64,000 nucleotides of DNA from a virus. Lineage: Duplodnaviria > Heunggongvirae > Uroviricota > Caudoviricetes. Both the position numbers and the translations under genes were made by a program. Shown here piece by piece: positions 9,408 through 18,154 of this stretch. The stretch covers positions 64,001-128,000 of IMG/VR virus record IMGVR_UViG_3300037067_008064; one strand, 5' to 3'. The stretch's first letter is position 1. Every line of letters starts with the position of its first letter. The notes below the pieces were generated by a model. It did no database searches. It was given only the letters and a program-made list of their open reading frames with translations, and was not told where the DNA came from.

Positions 9408-10574
9408 TCATATTTTATAATTTTTGTATTTTTCAACAACTAGTTTCGCTTCAGATAATTTGTATATTCTTTTTAATATATAATCAACCTTAGCTTTATT
9501 GTAATGTTCTGGCCCACTGATTTTAATTTTAGATAAGGAAAATAAATAGTTCTTGTAATTTTTAATTGCATATTCTTTCCAGTCACCTGTAAATTGTGCA
9601 ATCAATTTATCAACTTCTTTATCAATAAATATAGAATAATTATTAACAGCTTTAATAACCATAGCAATAAAAGCTAATGCATCAGCATCATAAACAGGAT
9701 CTAATTGACAAATAACATCATCAATAGTTTCTTTAAAATAATTTTCTATAATGTAATCTTCTCTAAATACAGATTCAGTACGTAACCCATGAAGATTAAA
9801 ATACCATTTGGTTTTAACTTTCACTAATTGACCATCAGTAAACTCAATAACCCATCCTTCAATGTTTTCTCTTGTTTCTGCTTCTTTCATTATTTCTTCT
9901 AATGAATTATATTTAAGTGTTTTAGTTATGCTAAAAGGAATAGAAACATGTTGTCCAAATTCATTTGCATTAACATATACACCAGTAGTATTATTTCTAA
10001 CACCTATAAATATTAAATCAGGTTTTGAATATAACAATACAATTCTATTATCAAATGCAACATATTCAAACATAGGTGTTAAATCATTTTTTAAACAATT
10101 TAAAACAAAGTTTTTATATTCTTCATTTGCATTTAATATCTTTAAAGCTTTTTCTGATTGGTCATTAAAAATATCTCCATTTGTTTTAGCAAACACATGT
10201 CCATTAGGTAATAACATAAATGCTATTAATGAACCATCTTCTTTATAGGAAACATTTTTGATTTCTTTATCTTTAATTAAATCATATTGTGTTGATTCAT
10301 TTTGATTTACATTAAAGAATTTAGGAAACATTAAATACTTTTTAAACAAAGTACCATCTGTATTAAACACAAAAGTTAATCCGCGCATATCAAATGCGTT
10401 AACTGGATTATCTTTTCCTAATGGATGAACAAAATAATCATATTCACAAAGGAAATATTTAAACACAGCAACCTTATAACCTTCTACTCTATATAAATTT
10501 TCATAGAAATTGAAGTTTTTATATTTCTTTGCTATAAGCACAGCATCATTATATGTAATTGAGTACTTGTTCAT
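9408..10574 (-). CDS. rnlA: RNA ligase 1, T4 RnlA family
   Basis: KFFNVN, YKEDGSLI, TPMFEYV, EGWV, VKVKTKWY motifs. Confidence 0.9.
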   Translation of the reverse strand: MNKYSITYNDAVLIAKKYKNFNFYENLYRVEGYKVAVFKYFLCEYDYFVHPLGKDNPVNAFDMRGLTFVFNTDGTLFKKYLMFPKFFNVNQNESTQYDLIKDKEIKNVSYKEDGSLIAFMLLPNGHVFAKTNGDIFNDQSEKALKILNANEEYKNFVLNCLKNDLTPMFEYVAFDNRIVLLYSKPDLIFIGVRNNTTGVYVNANEFGQHVSIPFSITKTLKYNSLEEIMKEAETRENIEGWVIEFTDGQLVKVKTKWYFNLHGLRTESVFREDYIIENYFKETIDDVICQLDPVYDADALAFIAMVIKAVNNYSIFIDKEVDKLIAQFTGDWKEYAIKNYKNYLFSLSKIKISGPEHYNKAKVDYILKRIYKLSEAKLVVEKYKNYKI

Positions 10575-10617
10575 AATACAATATTAACCAATATAAATGG
10601 GTTACAAAAATAATATT

Positions 10618-10634
10618 TGTTAAAAAATGTTAAA
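10618..10634 (-). promoter_or_regulatory. Tandem TTTAACA box
   Basis: tttaacattttttaaca on - strand upstream of rnlA. Confidence 0.75.
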
Positions 10635-10652
10635 TATTATATTCTATCATTA

Positions 10653-11360
10653 TTAGTCATATAGTTTGCAACTTTCTGTTAGTGGAGGTATTATTAAATC
10701 TTTATCTATAAAAGCCCAGAATGGAGCTCTGCTTAATATTCTGCCATTTGTTTCTCCTTTAAATTGGTGGTCACAAAACGGAATTTCAATATATTTTAAA
10801 GAATGTATATTTTCTGAATCTTCTGCATAGAACTTAAAGCTTCTTCCACTGCCTACACCAACTACATCATCTTTTTCTCCTATTATAATAGCAACATCTC
10901 CAGTGAATTTCATTAATTCTTGTAATGCATTTCCATAGTTTCTAACATTTCCAGCAGCTGGTGCAACTAAAAGAATCTTTTTAATTTGAGCATATTTATA
11001 TGCTACCAAAGCAGTTGCACCCGCACCCGCACTAGTTCCAATAATATAAATGTTTGGATTTTTCCTAGTACAAATATATTCAGAGTATTTTAAGATAAAA
11101 TCAATGACTGTTTCTAATTGATTAACAATACTTTGTCCATATTCTTCATTGGGAAATATTATATTTCCCATGCGAACAACCGCACCTAATTGGTTTTCAA
11201 CTAAATATTCAGCTAGTTTATTATATTTATTACTATATCCATTGATATCTCCACCAAATCCAGGTAAGTTAATAATAACATTATCAGAATTTAAACTATG
11301 AATATTAATTTCAATGGCAGTTTCAGGTTTATTTTTAAGAGGGATAAATTTTGTTTCCAT
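10653..11360 (-). CDS. Alpha/beta hydrolase
   Basis: Nucleophile elbow GTSAG, GEKDDVV acid, CDH histidine. Confidence 0.85.
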   Translation of the reverse strand: METKFIPLKNKPETAIEINIHSLNSDNVIINLPGFGGDINGYSNKYNKLAEYLVENQLGAVVRMGNIIFPNEEYGQSIVNQLETVIDFILKYSEYICTRKNPNIYIIGTSAGAGATALVAYKYAQIKKILLVAPAAGNVRNYGNALQELMKFTGDVAIIIGEKDDVVGVGSGRSFKFYAEDSENIHSLKYIEIPFCDHQFKGETNGRILSRAPFWAFIDKDLIIPPLTESCKLYD

Positions 11361-11365
11361 TTATT

Positions 11366-11869
11366 TTAAAATGTTACGTGATATGAATTAATTCTTGTCC
11401 AACAACATTTTTTATATTTAAGGCCAGAGCCACATAAACAAGTGTCGTTTCTATTTAATTGTCTATATTTAATATATTCTGCTTTACGTGCTTCCCTTTC
11501 CTGTCTTTCTTTTTCACGTTTTGCTTCATAAATTTTTCTTTTCTTTGCATTAATTTGCCTTTGTCCTGCATCATCTTCATGAATTTCGGTTTCCCAACCG
11601 GGTTCTTTAAACATATCAACTATTTCCTGTAAAGGATTTGGGAATAAATAACTACCCGAAAGTATTTTTTGTATAGCTTCTTTTTCTTTTTGGTTATACC
11701 TTTCTCTTTGTTCGGTTATTTTATCAACAGGAATTTCAGAAAGAGGGGTGTTAACAAATTCTGTTTGACACTCTGTGCAAATTTTTCCATCTTTTCCAAA
11801 TGGATGTTCATGTAGTGTATAATCATTGCATGTTTTGCACCATAATCTATAATAATCTCTGATTGGCAT
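11366..11869 (-). CDS. SEC-C motif protein with N-terminal Zn ribbon
   Basis: RNDTCLCGSGLKYKKCC; CxxC...CxxC at N-terminus. Confidence 0.85.
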   Translation of the reverse strand: MPIRDYYRLWCKTCNDYTLHEHPFGKDGKICTECQTEFVNTPLSEIPVDKITEQRERYNQKEKEAIQKILSGSYLFPNPLQEIVDMFKEPGWETEIHEDDAGQRQINAKKRKIYEAKREKERQEREARKAEYIKYRQLNRNDTCLCGSGLKYKKCCWTRINSYHVTF

Positions 11870-11880
11870 TTTAATAATTT

Positions 11881-12198
11881 TTAAAAATATTCACCATCTT
11901 TTCTATTAAGCATATACTCAATATTATGTTTATCAAATTCTGGGTCTGATTTAATATCTAATGAAGTTGATTCACCAAAACAAGTTACAACAAATTTATT
12001 ATCAATAACTTCAATAGTACAAAATCCAGCAGATGTTATTCCACCTATATTAACATCCTTATGGTTTAAACCCATTGATATTAATATAGGCATGGAATAG
12101 TTATAAATAACGTATTTAATTCTTTTAGAATACATATTATTATTCTTTTGCATATTTATCTGCACTGTGTGAAGATGCCCAAGCATAAGGTTTACCAA
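11881..12198 (-). CDS. Hypothetical protein (true start probably at MYSKR)
   Basis: ORF; listed N-terminus overlaps upstream gene. Confidence 0.5.
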   Translation of the reverse strand: MVNLMLGHLHTVQINMQKNNNMYSKRIKYVIYNYSMPILISMGLNHKDVNIGGITSAGFCTIEVIDNKFVVTCFGESTSLDIKSDPEFDKHNIEYMLNRKDGEYF

Positions 12199-12628
12199 AT
12201 GCTTGAAAACCAGATGCTGTTACCATACCAAGACCGGCATTATATAAAACATTTGAATATTCGGTTTCTTTAGAGTTATAATCCAAATGAATAGCAATTG
12301 ATTTGCCACATTCTTTAATCATTTCACCAGCAGTAATAGTTAATTCTGCTTCAGCCCAAAGCTTAGTATATAAGTCTTTCTTAAGAGCCGGTGACATGTT
12401 TTGATAAATAGCAACAATGACATGTGCTCCATGACCACCACCGTATTTATCTACATCATGCATGCAAATGGTAATAGCATATTTAATACGCCGGCCATGT
12501 GGCTGTGAATCGCAACCAATTGTGATAGTACCATAAGGGTGTTTTGATATCCATTCCTTTACATATTCTAATGCATCTGGAATTGGTGTACCATCTACTC
12601 TTTGAAAATTTAATTTAATATCTTTCAT
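12140..12628 (-). CDS. RNase H-like protein, YkuK family
   Basis: ITIGCDSQ, GAHV, EAELT, IHLDYN, ADK motifs. Confidence 0.8.
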   Translation of the reverse strand: MKDIKLNFQRVDGTPIPDALEYVKEWISKHPYGTITIGCDSQPHGRRIKYAITICMHDVDKYGGGHGAHVIVAIYQNMSPALKKDLYTKLWAEAELTITAGEMIKECGKSIAIHLDYNSKETEYSNVLYNAGLGMVTASGFQAFGKPYAWASSHSADKYAKE

Positions 12629-12799
12629 TATTAATTATTATTGTTTTTTGTTTTCTTAATTGACGGTGTTGTATCTTTTTTTTATCGGGCACAACCTTAG
12701 ATTTAAATCTACCATCATAGAAACCTTGTTTTTTAGCTTCTTCACGATTAGCAGCTGATGCCATTTTATAAATTCGATTCAACATTTAATATTATTTTA

Positions 12800-13006
12800 T
12801 TATATATCGTTGTATATTTCCCAATCAATGTTCCATTCAGGGCCTTTTCTATCAAACCAAAATAATTGAGGAGAACAAATACATTCATCTTCAAATTCAT
12901 ACATTTTAGTACCAGATCTAATAGTCATCCATTCATTTGTACTAAAAAATCTATGGGTAACTCTATACCCTTTTTTCATTGCCTCTATGGCTTCTTCTTT
13001 AGTCAT
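12800..13006 (-). CDS. Hypothetical protein
   Basis: EAIEAMKKGYRV...W small phage-type ORF. Confidence 0.55.
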   Translation of the reverse strand: MTKEEAIEAMKKGYRVTHRFFSTNEWMTIRSGTKMYEFEDECICSPQLFWFDRKGPEWNIDWEIYNDI

Positions 13007-13011
13007 ATTTA

Positions 13012-13317
13012 TTATTTATCTATATTTACAGAAAAACTATAATCTTGATTTCCTGGATATTGAATACTGACATTCTTTATATTCAGTAATTGTGCATGAA
13101 AATAGTTCCCCATATATAAAGCCATTGATTGATAAAAGAAAAAGACAATGCTTTTTTCTTCTTCTCTTATATAATGTAAGGCGTATCTAGGATTTGTATA
13201 TAATACATCTTCCAAAATATATTTCATATGTGGATATTTTTCAACCAGTTTGCAATACAATTCATAATTTACAAAAATATCTTCTTTAATACCTTTTATT
13301 AATTCATTAGTTTCCAT
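13012..13317 (-). CDS. Hypothetical protein
   Basis: ORF in operon. Confidence 0.5.
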   Translation of the reverse strand: METNELIKGIKEDIFVNYELYCKLVEKYPHMKYILEDVLYTNPRYALHYIREEEKSIVFFFYQSMALYMGNYFHAQLLNIKNVSIQYPGNQDYSFSVNIDK

Positions 13318-13492
13318 AGTTTTTTATTTTAAAATAAAGTAACAAATAAAAACCCAATATACTTATTACACTTGTAATTAGTTGATATTTCGAAAACCTA
13401 TTCCAATAAGTCATCCAATCCTTTCCATCATAATTAGCAGCAATTGCTCCAATAATAGGAATTAGATATAAGTATATCCAATATTTTTTCAT
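13307..13492 (-). CDS. Small membrane protein
   Basis: Two hydrophobic stretches; first gene after promoter box. Confidence 0.55.
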   Translation of the reverse strand: MKKYWIYLYLIPIIGAIAANYDGKDWMTYWNRFSKYQLITSVISILGFYLLLYFKIKNYGN

Positions 13493-13550
13493 CGTTTTTT
13501 GTTAAAGTTAAAGCAATATAATACAATATTCTAAACTGATACAATAAATA

Positions 13551-13641
13551 ATGTTAAAAAATGTTAAAATTTTTATCCTTATTTCTCTACGCGGGTGTCA
13601 TGCATATAAATAAGGATATAAATTTTAACATTTTTTAACAT
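13551..13641. repeat. 34-bp inverted repeat (33/34 identical) at the divergent strand switch, each arm carrying a tandem TTTAACA box
   Basis: Arms 13551-13584 and 13608-13641; 23-nt GC-richer spacer ctctacgcgggtgtcatgcatat. Confidence 0.9.
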
Positions 13642-13773
13642 TTTATATTTTTTTATGTTAAATAGTTTGTTTAGATTTGAGTATCAATTTATTAAATAAA
13701 AATAAGTTATTTAGAACTAAAATCCTCAAAAAAAGTAAGAGATTATATTTGTGAACAACTTAATATTAAGGGT

Positions 13774-13968
13774 ATGAAATACTTACCTGAAAATATTGAA
13801 TGTGTCCAAGTATCTAATGGAGATATAAAGGTTTTCTATACATGTCTTATTGGTACTAATCTAAACAAGATACACATTATACGTATTGAAACACCAACTC
13901 TTTATTGTATTAAGGATGAAGACATTGATAAAGTAGTTACAGAAATAATAAACACAAATTTAATATAA
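13774..13968 (+). CDS. Hypothetical protein
   Basis: First ORF of + strand block. Confidence 0.5.
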   Translation: MKYLPENIECVQVSNGDIKVFYTCLIGTNLNKIHIIRIETPTLYCIKDEDIDKVVTEIINTNLI

Positions 13969-14366
13969 TGACAAAATCATTAATTTTAGTAAGAGGAATT
14001 CCTGGTAGTGGTAAGACTACCTTTGCTGAGTTTTTAGCAGATGATGGTAGTTGGCCTGTTTTATCAGCCGACCAATTTTTTGAAAAAAATGGAAAGTATG
14101 AATGGAAGCCAGAATTGTTACCAAGAGCTCATGAATGGTGTCAGACTGTTGTTATGAAACACATGAGAATGGATTTTGGCAAGATTTTTGTAGCTAATAC
14201 ATTTACTACAGATTCTGAAATGGCTCCATATATTAGCTTAGCTAATAAGTTTGGGTATAGAGTTTTTACAATTATTGTAGAAAATAGGCATGGGAATATT
14301 AATGTTCATGATGTACCTGAATTAACAATATCCAAAATGAAAGACAGATTTTCTATAAAACTTTAA
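13968..14366 (+). CDS. P-loop kinase (AAA_33 / polynucleotide-kinase-like)
   Basis: VRGIPGSGKTT, SADQFF, VANTFT, HGNINVHDVP. Confidence 0.85.
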   Translation: MTKSLILVRGIPGSGKTTFAEFLADDGSWPVLSADQFFEKNGKYEWKPELLPRAHEWCQTVVMKHMRMDFGKIFVANTFTTDSEMAPYISLANKFGYRVFTIIVENRHGNINVHDVPELTISKMKDRFSIKL

Positions 14367-14393
14367 TATATTAAAATCTAATGTGTTAGGAAA

Positions 14394-14467
14394 TTTAACA
14401 TTTTTTAACACATTAGATTTTTTTATGTCTAAGTTATTAGTTAATTTGGTATTATTGAATTTGAAAA
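14394..14467 (+). promoter_or_regulatory. Early-type promoter cassette (tandem TTTAACA box plus 36-nt segment duplicated at 19395-19430)
   Basis: tttaacattttttaaca at 14394-14410; agttattagttaatttggtattattgaatttgaaaa at 14432-14467. Confidence 0.75.
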
Positions 14468-14475
14468 ATATAAAA

Positions 14476-15414
14476 ATGAAAGAAGAAAATAAAATGACCT
14501 TACCTGCAATCAGAGTAAATGAATTTGAATTTAGTTTAGACCGCGATAGTAAAGGTCAATATATTACAGATGATGCAGATATGACTGTTTCTCTTAAAGT
14601 TGGGAATTTAGTTGAATCATGTAGATTAGAGATTCCTACTTATGGTGATGATAAAGGCAAAGTTTCTTTTACAAGAGGAATTTCTCCATTTCAGTCTTTA
14701 ATTGAGGCTGGTATTGCAATAGACTTTTCAAATATTTTTAATGAATATTTTGAATTGGCTACCAAAAAGTTGGAAGAACGAATTCAAAAAATTCATGATA
14801 ATAAGGTAGATGAATATAAGAAATCATGGGTTCATGATTTTCGTTCTTATTTGTCTAAAAAGACTTTAAAGGATGCGAATTTTAAATTTGTTATTCCTAC
14901 CTTAGAACAGTGGTTAGATGGGACTAGAAAAGTTGAAGTATCCTATACTGGTATTACTAATACTACTAGTATTTCAACAGAAACCACCCGGAATGGTCGT
15001 AAATATTGTTATCATCCATTTTTTCTATATCGCGTAAGGGAAAGAAATTCAAACGATCTTAGTAAACTTATTGACCACTATATCAGAGATTGTCAGGAAG
15101 CCATTGAAGCAAAGAAACGTGAGGAAGAAAGTAAGAATAATAAGGAAAATGCTAAGCTTGCACATGTGGCTAAATTAAACCAATTATTTGGTTGTTTGGT
15201 TGTTGTTAAAGAAGAATGGGTTAGTAATCATTATGCTAGAGGTGCTGAACCTAGAGGATATACCGAAACACGTTATTATTTATCTATAACAAATGGTAAT
15301 AAGGAAACTCGTGAATTAAGGATTGCAGAATATTCAAGTTCATGGTCTTTAAGTGGATTGGGAAGCTTATCTGTTGAACAAGTAAAGGAAATTATAAATA
15401 TACTTATAAAGTAA
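14476..15414 (+). CDS. Hypothetical protein (start moved to ATG 14476, downstream of promoter)
   Basis: ORF 14383..15414 contains the promoter in its first 93 nt. Confidence 0.65.
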   Translation: MKEENKMTLPAIRVNEFEFSLDRDSKGQYITDDADMTVSLKVGNLVESCRLEIPTYGDDKGKVSFTRGISPFQSLIEAGIAIDFSNIFNEYFELATKKLEERIQKIHDNKVDEYKKSWVHDFRSYLSKKTLKDANFKFVIPTLEQWLDGTRKVEVSYTGITNTTSISTETTRNGRKYCYHPFFLYRVRERNSNDLSKLIDHYIRDCQEAIEAKKREEESKNNKENAKLAHVAKLNQLFGCLVVVKEEWVSNHYARGAEPRGYTETRYYLSITNGNKETRELRIAEYSSSWSLSGLGSLSVEQVKEIINILIK

Positions 15415-15591
15415 ATATGTCAGAACAAATTGAACTCCAAATAGGTAAGACCTATGAAAATAACAGAGGTGAATTAATTAAGATTAAAGCAATACTGTCC
15501 AATCAAATATGTGTTTATAATATTTCAGAAGCCTCAAATATGTGGTTATCAAAGGAAAGAGTTATTGTTAAACGTTTAATCCGTTAATACT

Positions 15592-15882
15592 ATGGAAGAT
15601 ACATTCAATTATCCTAATGATAAAAGGGAATATAGTCAGGAATATAGTATAGAACTTGACAGTCCACCTATGAGTACCAGACCTGGTGACCTATTGTCTT
15701 CAGTTTTGAAGGGTACAGAACTCACTTGTGGTGATTTTGTTAATACCGGAAGGTTATTTGGTAACTGGACCTTTAATGTTATTAAAGAAAAAGAAGAAAT
15801 TTATAAAAAAAATGTTGAGCATTTTAAGAACCAAATTACTAAGTTATATAATAGTGGTGCTATTAGATATGGTAGTTGGTAA
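15592..15882 (+). CDS. Hypothetical protein
   Basis: ORF ending GAIRYGSW. Confidence 0.55.
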   Translation: MEDTFNYPNDKREYSQEYSIELDSPPMSTRPGDLLSSVLKGTELTCGDFVNTGRLFGNWTFNVIKEKEEIYKKNVEHFKNQITKLYNSGAIRYGSW

Positions 15883-15898
15883 TCAATAACTTAAATAA

Positions 15899-15915
15899 TT
15901 TAACATTTTTTAACA
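15899..15915 (+). promoter_or_regulatory. Tandem TTTAACA box
   Basis: Exact tttaacattttttaaca upstream of 15999. Confidence 0.75.
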
Positions 15916-15998
15916 TAAAAAATTTTAACATGTCTTAACTTCATTGTATATTAGTCTTCTACATTTAACAACAAGTTAAAAATTAATTAAACAAAAGA

Positions 15999-17006
15999 AT
16001 GAAAAGCACAAAGAAAGCTGCAAAACCCACTAAAAAGGTTGTAAAAGAAGCTAAGCCGGTAAAGAAAACCGCCACTGTTAAGAAGGCAAAGCCGGTAAAA
16101 AAGGTAAAGAAAGTTGACCCTAAAAAGGCAACACCGGTAAAGAAAACTGCCACTGTTAAGAAGGCAAAGCCGGTAAAAAAGGTAAAGAAAGTTGACCCTA
16201 AAAAGGCAACACCGGTAAAGAAAACTACCCTTAAAAAGGTAAAGCCAATAAAAAAGGTAAAGAAAGTTGCAAAGCCTGCCAAGGTTGTAAAGGAAAAAGC
16301 TCCTAAAGCTCCTAAGGCTCCTAAGCTTGCCAAGGTTGTAAAGGAAAAAGCTCCTAAAGCTCCTAAAGCTCCTAAGGCTCCTAAGCTTGCCAAGCTTGTA
16401 AAGGAAAAAGCTCCTAAAGCTCTTAAGGCTCCTAAGCTTGCCAAGCTTGTAAAGGAAAAAGCTCCTAAGACTGAAAAGCCAGAATCAGATACTGAAGAAA
16501 AATCAGAGAATTCCGGCGACTCTAAATTAGTAAAGAAAGAAAAATCTCTTAAAAAGGAAAAACCGATTGTTACCATTAAAATTGAAAAAGATACAAAGCC
16601 TGTAAAGGTTGGTCGTAAATCAATGGAGTCCTTTTTGTTTAGGGTCGCCGGGGTTACCAAAAACACATTTGCTATTACACCTGATGGTGTTGAAACTGAA
16701 ATTGGTAGTTATGATTTTACCAATTGTTTTGCCAAAAATTATACATCAGTTGGTGCTGCTATAATTGGTAAATTTACTGAATTACCAATTAATTGTATGT
16801 CAATTACCCCCGACGGTTCATTGCATTGTGAAGTTTTACAAAATGATACAGGTGGGGTTGTTAGCCCTGGAAGTAAATTATACAATGAATGGAAAGAAGA
16901 TAAAGCTAAACTTTGGAAAGCTAAATATGATATTAATATAAGAGTTCCAGGTAAAGCTAAAGCTAGTGTTGAAGATTTAAAATCCTTATTTAGTATTGTA
17001 CAGTAA
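15999..17006 (+). CDS. Histone H1/Hc2-like Lys/Ala/Pro-rich protein with globular C-terminal domain
   Basis: About 155 residues of KKAKPVKK and KAPKAPK repeats, then a non-repetitive domain. Confidence 0.75.
   Translation: MKSTKKAAKPTKKVVKEAKPVKKTATVKKAKPVKKVKKVDPKKATPVKKTATVKKAKPVKKVKKVDPKKATPVKKTTLKKVKPIKKVKKVAKPAKVVKEKAPKAPKAPKLAKVVKEKAPKAPKAPKAPKLAKLVKEKAPKALKAPKLAKLVKEKAPKTEKPESDTEEKSENSGDSKLVKKEKSLKKEKPIVTIKIEKDTKPVKVGRKSMESFLFRVAGVTKNTFAITPDGVETEIGSYDFTNCFAKNYTSVGAAIIGKFTELPINCMSITPDGSLHCEVLQNDTGGVVSPGSKLYNEWKEDKAKLWKAKYDINIRVPGKAKASVEDLKSLFSIVQ
16040..16470 (+). repeat. Coding tandem repeats (75-nt duplication and aaagctcctaag units); boundaries approximate
   Basis: Near-identical duplicated PVKKTATVKKAKPVKKVKKVDPKKAT unit and repeated KLAKVVKEKAPKAPK units. 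Confidence 0.85.
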
Positions 17007-17195
17007 TGGTTTATCAAGAAAAAGAAAATTGTTGGAGAGCAACAAGTAAATTAATTGCAAATACTACATTTGCAACATACCAAGAAGCTACGTTGGGAGA
17101 GTGTATAGCAAATATTTACCCAAGTGATTTTAACAAATGGTATGAAAAATATGCCGCGGCTAAATTTTTATTATTTGGCTATTAAAATATAAAAT

Positions 17196-17891
17196 ATGAA
17201 AATACTTATACATAGTAATGATTTTGATATTATTAATAGAGTTATTCAAATTGCAAAAGATGAAAATTCTAATGTTGAAATCATTAATGGAAAGGTTGAA
17301 TCAACCTTTTTAGAACACGTAAATAATAATGATGTTGATGGTTATATCATTCAAGATAATATAAACATTAATAAACAGGTATCTTTTATTAGAAAATCTA
17401 ATATGTATATACCTATAATGATTATTAACGATTATAAAATGACATTTGATTTTAGTGAAGAAGCTATTAAATCTAATGTTGATTTTTATTATCCATATCA
17501 TAGCAATTATGTTGGTATAACAGTTATATTCAATATGTTTCTTTTATATAAAAAGAACTTTGATGTACTGCTTAAATTGACTGAAAAAACTGAAGACCCT
17601 ATTATATTTAATACATTTAGGTATGAACCTAATCAAAGGGTTATTTATATTGCTGATAAAGAAATTAAGAAATTATCTGCCAAGGAAGGTGGTGTATTTG
17701 AAGTACTTTTAAGAAATTATGGTAAGATAGTATCTAAAGATATTATACTTGAAAAAGTCTGGCATAAGTCAGATTATTTTGCTGGTAGGTCAATGGATGT
17801 TTATGTTACCCATTTACGTAAGTTATGTAAGGATTTACATCTTGTTATGAAAATAAAAAATATATCTGGTAAAGGATTAATCATAGAATAA
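17196..17891 (+). CDS. OmpR/PhoB-family response regulator (Bacteroidota RprY-like) with degenerate receiver domain
   Basis: Winged-helix LSAKE...LLRNYGKIVSKDIILEKVW...YFAGRSMDVYVTHLRK; receiver lacks a clear DD/D/K signature. Confidence 0.85.
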   Translation: MKILIHSNDFDIINRVIQIAKDENSNVEIINGKVESTFLEHVNNNDVDGYIIQDNININKQVSFIRKSNMYIPIMIINDYKMTFDFSEEAIKSNVDFYYPYHSNYVGITVIFNMFLLYKKNFDVLLKLTEKTEDPIIFNTFRYEPNQRVIYIADKEIKKLSAKEGGVFEVLLRNYGKIVSKDIILEKVWHKSDYFAGRSMDVYVTHLRKLCKDLHLVMKIKNISGKGLIIE

Positions 17892-17892
17892 T

Positions 17893-18087
17893 ATGAAATT
17901 AAAACAAAAATATTATAAATATATTCTGAAAGGTTTGCCAGTATCAAAAGAAGAAGAAATAGTATTCTCTATTTTAAATAACTTAACCGATAGAAGTGGT
18001 ATAGGTGATGAATGGGATGGAATTGATGATGAAATTCAGGAAGAAATTATAGCAGAATGGATTGATATTGTTAAAACTAAAATTTAA
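17893..18087 (+). CDS. Hypothetical protein
   Basis: LTDRSGIGDEWDGID small ORF. Confidence 0.55.
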   Translation: MKLKQKYYKYILKGLPVSKEEEIVFSILNNLTDRSGIGDEWDGIDDEIQEEIIAEWIDIVKTKI

Positions 18088-18099
18088 CAATTATTAACA
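18083..18099 (+). promoter_or_regulatory. Tandem TTTAACA box (variant)
   Basis: tttaacaattattaaca upstream of 18155. Confidence 0.65.
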
Positions 18100-18154
18100 T
18101 TAATTATTTTTATAAGTCAGATATAAATTATACCTTTATTTTATAATTTAAAAT

